Shown piece by piece: positions 11,204 through 23,202 of a DNA stretch of 36,106 bases. Positions within the stretch are counted from its first letter, which is position 1. Each line of letters begins with the position of its first letter. The stretch lies in assembly GCA_001642005.1 (NCBI GenBank), contig LWCA01000256.1:1-36106 (forward strand), given 5' to 3'. Position numbers and translations under genes: made by a program. The notes beneath the pieces are model-generated. The model made no database searches. It had not been told where the DNA came from and saw only the letters and a program-made list of their open reading frames with translations. Source of the DNA: Intoshia linei. Its lineage: Eukaryota > Animalia > Orthonectida.

Positions 11204-12545
11204 GATCCAGGTATAGTGTACTCAGTGTTTGAAGAGTTTATTTCACACAAAAATATAATTATATAATTATAAATCTTATAAATTTACTTTTATTAGATAC
11301 ATTCATTAATGTTGAGCCATCATAGAGTATTTGAAATTGTAAAACATTGAGCATTATAAATTCACTAGCAAAATAAAATATTTTCTAAATTATTTCAATA
11401 GCACAAACATACATATAAATGTAAATGCATAATTATAGGATAGATAATAGAGATAATAATGGGCGTTATAAATTCAATATACAATCAACCAACATAATTT
11501 GTAAATGAATGTATGTTCTTGGTGCTATAAAAGATTTTATAGAAAAAATTCTATATTTTGTAAAATAGTTATTTCATACAAATCAAAAAACTATTTTTTC
11601 AATATTATCCTGCTAACATGTTAAAGATTATAGCCAATGACGGTAACTCAAATTTTTTGTTTTACAAGTGGTTCACTGTCAAAAAAGTGTGAGAACCACT
11701 GATTTAAACAATGAACTAGAAACTAGCTTGTTAACACAGGAAGAAATGCTTTATTTATACCCATTTTTAAAGTAGATGAGAGATTTTTGTCAGTTAATGT
11801 GTTTCTTCAAAATTTTTTCGTTAATTTCATATATGAAAATAATCGTTCGCATACCCATGTATATACAAATATAGCTACTATTTTAATTGGGAATTTTATC
11901 AGATTGTGAATGATTTCGGAAGTTAGGGATAAAATTTAATTAAAAATTGTTATTATTAATTTTTTTGGGGGTCCACAGCGAAAAAGGGTTGAGAATGCCT
12001 GGTCTAGATCACTGGTTCTAAACGTGGACGATAGCGCAATCGTAATTTTTAAACTTTAATCAAGTGACAGATATGGTTGATCTAAAAAGTTATATATCTG
12101 AGTAAGATATATTGGATTACTGTGATTGTGAATATAGGATCGATATTATAGATCTATATAAAAATTTAAACGATGTAATCACTGATTACTAATCACCAAT
12201 CTTCTAATATACGGTTATACATTGAACTTAATAATTTTTATCAAAAACCCCTGTATTTGTGGCACTTTGCGAAAATTGCGGCCCTAAACCGGGGTCGGAC
12301 TGTATTTTATTTTATAATAATAAAGTTATCTCTTGAAAATGTTCAAAAATTTTAGAGGCTGCTTTTAGACTCAATCCTTTATTGTATAGATTAATTTATT
12401 AATGTTAACCGATATATTGCTGAGCGGCATAGAAAATCTAAAAAAAATAAAATGTTGACATCCTAATATAAATATACGAAGTCGCGGCAAATAGAACATA
12501 AATTTTAAACGGGCTGCTAGTTTGACACGGCTAATTTAGATGATA

Positions 12546-13084
12546 TTAAATGTATAAACGTAACACGTTGCAACATGATTTATTTACCTCATCAATTAGT
12601 AAATCTAGACGTTTTTTTAAATTTAGCAATTTTTTAAAATTAAAAGTTCCAATGTCAGTTATACACTGTATTTCGATTTGATTCATGATATTTGCGTGTT
12701 CTAAATCACATGTTTCCAATCTTTGTCTAATAATTAATTGTAAAAAACGTATCGCAATCAAATTTTTTTAAATACATTGGAATTTTAAATTGAAATAATA
12801 TGGTACATTCATTTTTCGATAAAACTAAATTGTCTAGATTTTTTTACTTTAGATAAATTATTATAAACTTTAAATTTTTTTTAAAAACCTTTTTCACGGT
12901 AAACGATGTTTTCTATTGCGTATATGTTTTCAGTGTTTTCATAAAGTTTATCTTTTTCATAGAGTACATTAACTTGGCAAATTAAAGATCCAACAAATTT
13001 TTTGATGATTAATTTGTTATTTATATCAAAATGACATTTTCCATTTATGGTTTCAGGGTAGTTTATATTAAGAATCACGTCCAT
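12546..13084 (-). pseudogene. Disrupted orphan gene (dispersed CUB-like family)
   Basis: ORFs MDVILNINYPETINGKCHFDINNKLIIKKF... and ...QCITDIGTFNFKKLL...SCCNVLRLYI are linked by a short intron-like gap and a frame change (NECTILFQFKIPMYLKKF). Confidence 0.45.
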
Positions 13085-14209
13085 TCAAAAAGGTGAAATA
13101 ATAAAGGGCCATGGATATGCATATTTTTTTAATGTTTAAACAGTTATAAACTTATTTTCTATTTTTGATACCTAATTTCAAATCTGGTTACAATTCAAAA
13201 TAAGGTGGTGAATTGCGTGTTTAGATTAATATTTATTACGGTTAATCCGATAATAAATCAATTTACAGCAGATTTTTAATTAATGAATTTTTAATGAAAA
13301 AATTTGATAAATATTTATCTAAAGCTATTTTATTTATGTACCCGATGTTATAAATTACATTTTTACTGACATAATACAAAAATTTCTCCTTTGGACTCCT
13401 AAGGGTCACATGATCCTTGGGAACCACTGCTTTAAAATGTTGGTAAAATTGCATTTTTTTCAAAAGGGTTGGTGAAATTGGATATAAATTAATAAATAAT
13501 GGAACAATTGATTAAGAAATGTATTGCTTAATTTTTAGTGTGAAAAGTTAACCCTTTAACGCTAGGCAGATTCGTCAATAAAAAATGTGTGTATAAAAGT
13601 AAATAAATAATTTGTGATACGTCAATACACTATGCAAATTTGTCAATAGAGATGAAAAAACACTATATTAAAATGTAAGAAAATTTCTAGACATTATTAA
13701 CCAAAACCCATTAACATTGGAAGTTATTCCTAACCAAATTTTATGAAACAGTCAAAGTACTCTCTGTAGCAATGTATTTTTACTAGACTAGTCTAAGATT
13801 ACAAAATTTGAGCACTGATTGTCCTAGATTCTTTTATAGACTTGTGAGTCTCAACTTGAGACTCGAGTTACTAGAACAAACACTAGAAGCTAGTGTAAAT
13901 GTAGTATAATAAAGTGCGTATACTGCTAATGCTCAGTGTTCCACAATACAATTCATATGTAACGAAATGTAAAGTCAAACTTTTATCAATAAATTTATCA
14001 TATTATAAACACAAGCACACATTATATCCCTCAAATTAGACAGTATATAGACAATTATATTGTTTGATATTATTTGGCTTGTATATTTATTGTTTGTCGT
14101 TACAATTATAAAGTCATAAAATTATAATATTAAATTATATCGGTATCTACAGAAACGAGATTCCTATGTATGTAAGAAACAATAATTTCCAAATATTTCC
14201 AAAATTTCC

Positions 14210-17200
14210 ATGAATATTACAGATGAAGAAGTCACTGTTAGTGCAGATACAATTTTGAAATTTCGGCATTATTATGTCGATCAATTACGTATAAAATACA
14301 TTATTTTAACCGTTTAATTTCATATAATATAGTTTCCGAAGAATCCAATGCAGCCTTTAACATAAATTATGAAATTTATAAAAAATGGTGTTTGAATTAT
14401 AATTTTCGTTATTTCCTTAATGATGATTCATTTACGTCACTATTTCTTAAACAAAATGATTTAAATTTTAATAAATCGTTTCTTCAAGCTAAAAAATCAT
14501 TAGAAGTGCGAACTAAATTTAATATACAAGGTAAATTATAGTTTTCTAAATTTAAAAAATATAATTAAAAATGAAAATTTTTAACCAATTACTATATTGT
14601 AATGTTTACATTTAGATAAGAGTGAACAATTTTTTGATTTTAATTTACACAATTCGGGATACATTTATTATCACGGTCGAACCAAATACAAAACTGAAAT
14701 ATGTATGTCTAGCATTAGTATTATACTAGTTATTATATGCATTACATGTTTTACTTTTTTGATTATTTTGAATAATATAGTATACATTAATATGAAAAAA
14801 GTATCAAAATTCAAAAATTTGGATGTTTTAAAACAATATTTACTTTGGCATTTGGAAAGAAAAGCAAAATTTGAACATGGAACTAAATTAACTGTTTTAA
14901 TTAATTGCGAAAATGTGTCTTTATATGAAGTGGTACATTTTATAGTTTAGGCTTTTATATGTGTTAGATGGTTTATAAATAATTTTACCTAATTTTTTAA
15001 ATTTTAGAGAAAAGAGTTAATTTTGGGAATCATGCATTGTTTCATTAACTATATACCTTACCGAATAAGTAATTTTCAATTTATTATTATAAAATATTAA
15101 ATAACCTGTAATGTTTCCAAAATGAAATTGATATTAATTAATGTTAATAAAATGTTTACTTTTACAATATATAAATTTAAATATAAGCGACAGAATTTAC
15201 TTAAAAATAAATAATAACTGCGCAATAAGAACCTCATTTTAATTACCTGATACAAATAGTTGAAAAATGAGAACTTTATTCATATAAGTTAACTTGTGCG
15301 GTGTGCCTAATAGATATATACACTATGTATATCTAATATCTTTTAGAATTTACCATATTTAGTTATTCAATTTATTTGCACAATATTTATAATATACAGC
15401 GTAAATTTGAAAAATTTAGAATCACTATTAGCCTACAAATTTTCAACAATATTGTCAGGAATTTGGTTCTGTGTTAAAAAATTTTTATCAGAACAACAAA
15501 CAAAACGAGTGTTTTTTGTTAACGAAGATACTCTTAAAGATCATATATCCGATGAAGAATTGCAAATTCAATTTGGAGGACTCGTAAATTTTATTAATTT
15601 TAAATTATTTTAATCATTTATTCAAATAATTAAATTAAAACACTTTTAGTGCGGTGAATTATTTATATAGCATATATGACATGGCAAGCTTTTATATTCT
15701 TAAGTCACTTTCTAAAGTGAGTGTTACGTTAATGTGTTTACTTTTATGAATAATATAAAATAGAGCCAGAGATCCTTATGATTTTAAAAACTATCCCAGA
15801 AATGTTGTTTTATAAAATTCTAGGATTTGTTTATTTCTAAAAAAAAGGGTGCTTTGTGGTTTGAACCATGTCCCAGAATTTAAGTTTTTTTAAATTCAAA
15901 ATGAGCCAGAGTTCCCAATTTTCGAGCGAATGTTGCAAACTTATCATTGTTCCATATTTTGTTGTATACTCATTGAATATAACAATAATCTTAATATGAA
16001 AATAACAAAGTTATACTGCATTTGATTCTACATTGTAAACTTTAAAGTTTTTGAAAATTGGAAATTGCGTAGTAATGATAAAAAAACAGAAGGAATCAAT
16101 TTATGAGATTGAAACTCATATTTCTGTATTTAAAATGTTTATATAGTCAATTCACATTTTTTTCGAAATTGTAGGATGAATATTTACATTTTGATAATTA
16201 AATTAATGTTAATTTGAAAAGTTATTATTCATTGGGAATGCGCAGATTTTTGGGTTCAAATTTTGGATTTATATCAACTGGAATAAGCTGTATCAGAATA
16301 ATCGTTTTTTTAATTGTACGACAGTTAATTATTTCAAATTTTTTGTTTTTATAAAATAGTTTCGAATTAAAAAAAAATGAATACTAAAGTGCTTTTTTTG
16401 CCATGAAGGCGTCACTTAATCAGATTGAAATTTTTTATGTCTGTTAACTGGATATAATTGTATTATTTGTAATTTTTTTTTATTTAAAAAAAAGTGTAAT
16501 CTGGGTTTTTAAGTGAAAATTACCTTGTTTGTGGTTACTATTTATGATAATGCTTATGAATTTAAAAACAAGGAACAATTTGGGTTTTTAACCTTGAAGG
16601 ACTCAATTTCTGAAATTGAAATTTACGATAAAACATCACTCTGGAAAAACTGTCATAAGAATATGGAATTTGTAAAACTAGACTCCTCTTACTTTCTTAC
16701 ATAAACTGGAACAAATAAACAGACATACATTTTTAACCATTTTACTCTATATATGTAAGGATATGGATGGTTTCTAGGGTTGTAAATCTTTTGATGGGTT
16801 TATTATGAATTGCGGACCATTTTTTTATGATTTCAGTTCTAGCTCATTTATTTTGGTTTTTAATGATTTTTAAATTCCTCATAATTAACCCAAAAAAAAT
16901 AGATAAAGTTTATTATAAACTCAAATTTAATTTTATAAAAACCAAGATGAATGAGCTTTGAAAATCCCTTATAATTTTAAAAATATTTTTTTTATATTCA
17001 AGTTTATACAATAACAACATAACAATCGTAAAGAGTAAATCATTTCAAAAAATGAGACAATGAAAATACGATTAAATAAATAAATTGCAATTGAAATTTT
17101 AAAACTATGCACATATTAATAAGAATTATACTTTGAAATAATAATATCAATCATATAAGAAATGTGTCAAATTGCATTTAAGTTACGGTCCAATTAATAT

Positions 17201-20200
17201 TGAATTATTTACCTGATCTAAATAAGAAATTGGAGCAACTAACAATAAATAATAATAAAGATAAATATAAATTTGGCTCCAAAAATTCACATTAAAAGTG
17301 AAATTATATTTAAAAAATACTGTATTATCAAATTATACATTTCTGGTGCTATGAAATTATTTCTGTTGTAAAACTAAATCCTTACCTCTGCAGAAATTTT
17401 GAAATTTAACAAAACTATATTGAATAAAATATATAACATGGAAAAAGAAAAATTTGTAGAATTTCAAAGGATTTTAAATAAAAATTCAATTAAATCAAAA
17501 TTTCAATGTGAAATTTTGAAAATTCTCAAGAAAAATTTCATGTATACTACATCAAAAGAATGTACATTTAGAATTACTTCTCATTTACCTTTCAAAAAAT
17601 TTATTATCAAAGTTTGTAAATATAACATTTTATTAACTCCATTTATTAACTTGGAAATTGATGCTTCTGAAGCAGTTTTTATTTTGAAAAGTTGCATTGG
17701 AAAACCTTATATTATGAACGTTGATATTGTTAATTTGAGCGCTTTGGTTAAAGTCAATTTCAACGAATCTGCCATTTTTTATCTGTCTCAAAATGATAAA
17801 ATGAATGTTACATTTGTTAAAATTAAATTTTCTTTTAAAACAAATAATCATGGATTAGCTTCAAAATTGAAAACAATCACGGACAAATTTACTGACACTT
17901 TACACAATGTTAGCTTTATTGTTTATTTAAATACTTTTTGTGATAATGAGGTATTTTGTACAATTATTTTAATGAATGGTATGAAAACGTTAGTCTACAA
18001 GTTGGATTCAACTTTAATTTCGTATTAAAGTCTTAATTTATCCATGTACATATTTTAGTAAATATTCATTTGAGGTTAAATTGCAGTGTACAGAAATAAT
18101 TTTATCACACCAAATCCATCATAGATTACGTTGCAGCGAGCACAATTGTTTAATTTATGAAGAGAATTTTTAACACGAAAAAGAGCATAGCCGCATACAG
18201 TTTATTCTTGTTGAGCTGCAAAAAAATTTTAATCGCAGAAATCCTTTTATTCTTGGTCAAAGGAATTTTAATTTACTTTAAATTTACCTAAAAAATGTAA
18301 CATGTTTTTTCTGTACGTTTTATAAGATTTAAAAATCCTTTTGCTTTACTTGTATAAAATTGAATGTCTTTGTGTGTGTTACCTTATAATTACAAAATTA
18401 GTATTTAAAAAAACACAATTTCTAATACAGTTTTTCATGAGTGATGTTTATATCAATCTTTTATTTTACTAAATTGAGTCTTTAGGATGAAAAACCGAAT
18501 AATCCCTTTTTTATATTATAAAAACCCTTCCATAAAATCAATCCTAAAATTTAAAAAAACTTACATTTTCGTATGCGTTTTAAAATAATTATTTCGTAAA
18601 TCTTAGCCTCAGAAACGTGCATTTTTATAGTCTAAACCAGAGATACCCTTTATTTTAAAAATTAAAAAAGTGCTAAAATTTTATAAAACATAAATTCTTG
18701 GATAGTTTTAAAAGAAAAAGCATTATCATAATGGTAACCTCAAAAAGTGTTTTTTCACGATCAAAACACTATATTACCATTTTTTTAAAAAATATTACAG
18801 CTGATTCAGATATATCCAGTTAACACAAAAAAAATTAAATCTGATAAAGTGAAGCCTTCATGGTCGAAAAAGCACTTTGGTATTCATTCTTTTTGTTTGG
18901 TAACTACAATTATATATTTTATTGAAAGAAACAATTTGAAATAATTAGCGGTCCTAGAATTTAAAAAAAAGATTATTATGATACATATTATTCCAGTGGA
19001 TATAGGTTACCTATAATAGGTACAAAATTTCAACCCCAAAAATCTACGCATTCCTGGTGAAAAATAACTTAATATATTATCAACCAATATTTTTCAAATG
19101 TTTGGATTAATATTAAGAATATGTAAATATTCATCCTATATTTTCGCAAAAATTGGAATTATATGTATACAAATTTTAAATACAGAAATAGAGTACAGTG
19201 ATAGCTCTCTAAATTGAACACTAATTGCAAAAAAATAGATGGTGTTCAAGTTTTAGAGATTGAACATTGTTTATATTAATATTATATTAAAATAAATTTA
19301 TGAGAAAAATCAAAATTTTAAAATAAATGAATTGTTCAAATTGAAGAACTCACATTTTCTTATAAATTTCTTAAATTATATAGAAAATTAATTAATGAAA
19401 AAAAAGATAAAAATAAATCTTTACTTATATAATATGCTACGCAATATTTGTTTGTGTGTGTGTTACCGTTTATTTCAATAACCACCAGTCTTATAATTTT
19501 ATAAAGTTCACATTTCAATTACAGTTTTTTCCGGAGGTGTTCGCAAAATAAATTTCAACCTCTCATCTTACGGGTTAAAAACCCCAATTGTCCTTTTTTT
19601 TGAAAATCAAACGAGTTGGAGAATTTAAAAAGATATATAAGCTGATGCGGACTTTAAAATCATGAACATTATCATAATTTTAAATGCTGATGCGGATTTT
19701 AAAATCATAAACATTATCATAAATTTAAATTTAAAAAAATACACTGATGCGGATTTTAAAATCATAAACATTATCATAAATTTAAATTTAAAAAAATTAT
19801 ATTTTCAAAGCCAAAACCACAAATTACCCTTCTTTTTTTAATGAAAACAGTTAGACTTTAAAAAAATTTACAGGTGATACAGTTGTATCTTGTTAACACA
19901 AACAAAAACTTATTTTTTTGATAGAATAAAAATGTGCCCTCGGCAGAGCTAGGTGCTGTTTGTACGTAGTACATAACAGTCAACCTAGTTTTCATTTAAT
20001 TATCATATATCACATTCAAGTGATAATTTGTCACATTTATTTTAAAAGTACACGCAAACAAGCTTTCAGTGTATAATATTGAAAACATATAATGAACAAT
20101 ATTTCATAAAATATTAAAATAAACGTAAATACATGTATAATTGAATCAGCATCTTAGCTAAATTTAGTCAATGCATGACCTACTGGGTTAATTAAAATGA

Positions 20201-23200
20201 TTGAAAAATCAAAAATCTATATAAGCCTAAAAAATAAAAAATTGAAATATCTTGGAAATTGGACTTATTGAGACTTCAATATCATGTAAAAATTATCAAT
20301 ACATACTTTTTTATACCAAATATTGTCACTTTTATTGATTTGTATTTTACTGTCAACAGATAAATCATTAAAAGGAGTAAATAATTAAAATTTTATAATT
20401 CATCAATCTCTAATATTGATAATATTTTGTGTATTATCAAAAACGCATAAAAATGGATAATTTAAATGAAAAGTTTATAAATTGTAATATTTAGAATGAA
20501 TATGTTTATGAATACAAGGAAAACATGTTTGATCATCCCCCTTTAAATTCTGAGAATTTTACAAATTTTGAAGGATATTCAGATTATACTTTCCCAGGCG
20601 AACCAAAACAGAAACCTTTGGAATCATCCACAATTGACTTTTCCGAATCAATGAAAGTTCAAACATCACAAAATAAATCCATAAATTTAGAAAAACTTAG
20701 TATAATTTGTTCACGTGAAAATATTTCTGAAAATTCATACCAGGGTGAAAATAAACGGAAAAATGATGTGAAATGTACAGAAAATGAAATACAACGTGAA
20801 CGAAACAAAGAAGGACAATGTAGCGACAGTATAATTTCAAAATTGGATAAAAATAAGAAAAATCTTAAAAATAAAGAAATTAAAGAAAATAATACATGCG
20901 CCAATTGTTATTCAACTCCAAAAAAACACAAGAGCTTTTTATCCTTTTATAAATTTGGAAAATCACCTAAAAAACAAAAAATTGTAAAAAATGACAACAA
21001 AGAAAAAATTGAAAAAGATGCCAACGAAAAAAATAATTTTCGAAATTCATTTAAAAGATTTAAAAATAAAAAATTAAACATGGATAAATCTATAAACAGT
21101 AGAGTTGAAATTCAAGACAATAATTCTAGTTGGGAGTTTGTTGAAGTTAGACCAAATAGACAATCTCAGAAACAATCAAATTATAGTGAAAAGATGTGGG
21201 ATTTATCTACCAATTCGTCTATAACACCATATGATTGTAAAAGTCAAACTGTTCACGATAAAATTTTGAAAAGATTTAGAAATAGTGTCTTGTATAGAAA
21301 AGTACCAAAAATACACGATAAAAATATTGTCACTTATATTAATCCAGAGGGATCTGATATTAAAATTAATTGTGATAGTTTACAAAGTATAATTGTCAAA
21401 ATTTTATCAATGAAGAATGGATCAAAATCTATTTATGATTATGTAAATATTATTTTATTCATTTCTTAATTTTGTTTATTAGGGATATCGTGTAAAGGAT
21501 AATTTGACTGATTGTGTGTTGAGGTATTATTTTAATTTAGAGTTGAAACATTTCCAAATATTTAAACTTTAAACAATAGTACTGTACTGTACTCGTTTTT
21601 ATTTATGAAACTGGAATTTACTTATATATATTTTTTCATTTTATTGAAATTTTGAATTTATAAACATTTCAAAATGTACATAAAAATGTAAATCTTTTAT
21701 TTTAAAAATTTTAAATTGTATCATTTATAGACCCAATAAAATCATGTTCAAGTGCGATATTGATTGTCAACTATACACGGTTATTAGATTGAAGAATATT
21801 GGTGCCGAATACAAAATATTTAGAGTCATTTTCTTGTACAAATTTTAATTCAATTGATGTTTAGGTAGAGTGTTCAGAATCGAATTATTTTACCATTCAA
21901 CCAAATTTCGGAATATTGTCTCATGGTGAAGAAATGACTGTGTCGTTATTTGCAAATGAAGATAAGATAAGTAATGTTTTACAATACATGCATAAAGTTT
22001 CCGGTGATTTTTGCTGTAGTTAAACTTAACAATTTCGTCCATAATTAATGGCATTTAACTAAATTAACAGACATTTTATTATTTTACTAACCAAAAATGC
22101 AAACACATAATTGATATAATGACAGTTATATTTCATTTTGTTAAATTTATCTATTTTTATTTATGTAAATACGCTAAGAATATAATTTTTGAAATTGAAA
22201 CCTAGATTTTTGTATTTTTAATACATAATTTTTATGTTATTTAAAGTGAATATTTAAATTTTCATTCGATAATTTGGAAAATATTGGTTGATAATATATT
22301 TAAATTGTGTTTTTGACTAGGAATATGTGAATTTGTGAGGTTATAATTTTTTCTATAGATTGAATGGAAATTTCATGTGTATCAGAAAAAAAATTTTTAA
22401 ATTCTGAGACAATTATTTATTGAATCGAGACCACCTGAAAAAGAAAAATGACACTTAGAATATTTTTTCGCAGACGTGACGTAGTGTCATATAGACACCT
22501 ATTCAAGGCTCTTGGACTTGAAATTTTAAATAGTAGTGATATTCAAGAATATAATTTTTTAATGCTGATTTTAAAAAATGATTCCCTTATTTTACAAAAA
22601 TTTCCTCGATGTCTCAAAGAGGGTCTCTGGTACCGCATTGCTTATAGAAGAATGCATTTTTTATGTATCATAAATGGAAAAACTGTATGAGATGATTTTA
22701 AACTTCTAAACCTTTTTTCTTTCTTTTTCCATTTTTGAAAATCATGTACTATCGGAGAGTTTGACCACGAAATTGAAAATTAGTCTTAATATCTGCATCG
22801 GTAAATATTTCACTTTGTATTGATGTCATTTTTCTGACTAAATGGTAACGTACAGACTGAAGGATATATGTTTTTATCAATATTTATATAACTTTTACTT
22901 TATACAAGTAAAGATTATTTGTGTGCTTCAAGTTTAGGTTTCATCAATCTATTTAGTTGAAAAACTCAAAGAAATTGTTATACAAACTAAGATAGCAGAT
23001 CGAATAGACTACCCACCAATTTATCCAGATGATATCGTCACTTTAACCGTATCTACATCAAATATGCTCAGCTCGATTCAAGATAAAGTGGAATGTAAAA
23101 GGTTTAAATGTGTATATTGTTAGTATAATTTACAGTGTATCATCTACCCCTTTTGATTGCGATGGTCAAATTCAAATTATCATCAATAGAGAAAACCGTT

Positions 23201-23202
23201 GA
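14210..23202 (+). CDS. MOSPD2: Motile sperm domain-containing protein 2-like (CRAL-TRIO + long linker + MSP domain)
   Basis: Exons 14210-14288, 14333-14530, 14616-14702, 14781-14932, 15008-15068, 15420-15583 encode CRAL-TRIO (GYIYYHG, LLWHLER, ISDEELQIQFGG). A phase-0 join to 20495-21442 gives GGL|NEYVYEY, like GGTDPFKYSY. Then 21483-21523, 21731-21823, 21865-22003 encode MSP (PNKIMF..IRLKN..IFRV..YFTIQPNFGILSHGE). Terminal exons 22957-23101 and 23136-23202 are tentative. Confidence 0.78.
16120..16761 (-). mobile_element. Helitron-family copy in the MOSPD2 long intron
   Basis: 5' A|TCCTTACATATA...TGTCTGTTT; the body is the inverted copy of 18780-19190. Confidence 0.7.
17394..18028 (+). CDS. 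Orphan 209-aa ORF nested in the MOSPD2 intron; degenerate CUB-like pattern; exon or pseudogene
   Basis: 630-nt open frame in very AT-rich DNA, preceded by a possible acceptor (CTCTGCAG, 17393). Upstream coding-like frames contain stops or frameshifts. Confidence 0.55.
18343..19191 (+). mobile_element. Helitron-family copy in the MOSPD2 long intron
   Basis: 5' CTTTACTTGTATAAAATTGAATGTCTTTGTGTGTGTTACC matches the reverse complement of 27928-27965; the 3' part matches 16120-16490 (inverted) and 26990-27150 (direct). Confidence 0.7.
19418..19988 (+). mobile_element. Complete non-autonomous Helitron (~571 bp)
   Basis: Inserted between A and T with no TSD; 5' TC, GT microsatellite near the 5' end, subterminal hairpin CTGTTTGTAC-GTA-GTACATAACAG, 3' CTAG. 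Confidence 0.88.
19641..19800. repeat. Three tandem copies of a ~45-58 bp unit inside the Helitron
   Basis: CTGATGCGGA(C/T)TTTAAAATCAT(G/A)AACATTATCATAA x3; only one copy is present in the 4390-4740 element. Confidence 0.9.

Noticed and set aside
17282-17400. TAA reassignment explaining in-frame stops in the orphan ORFs
   Set aside because: Conserved genes here (Hox, RPL32, Chk1, Maf) end at TAA and have no internal TAA, so the standard code applies.
19641-19800. CRISPR-like array
   Set aside because: Direct tandem duplication inside a Helitron with no unique spacers.
20659-20904. Antisense ORFs (also 17633-17851, 24369-24783, 34978-35525, 3262-3447)
   Set aside because: Shadow frames of real exons on the opposite strand.
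22448-22690. 80-aa ORF as a gene or MOSPD2 exon
   Set aside because: No recognisable motif or compatible splice phase; probably TE-derived intronic sequence.
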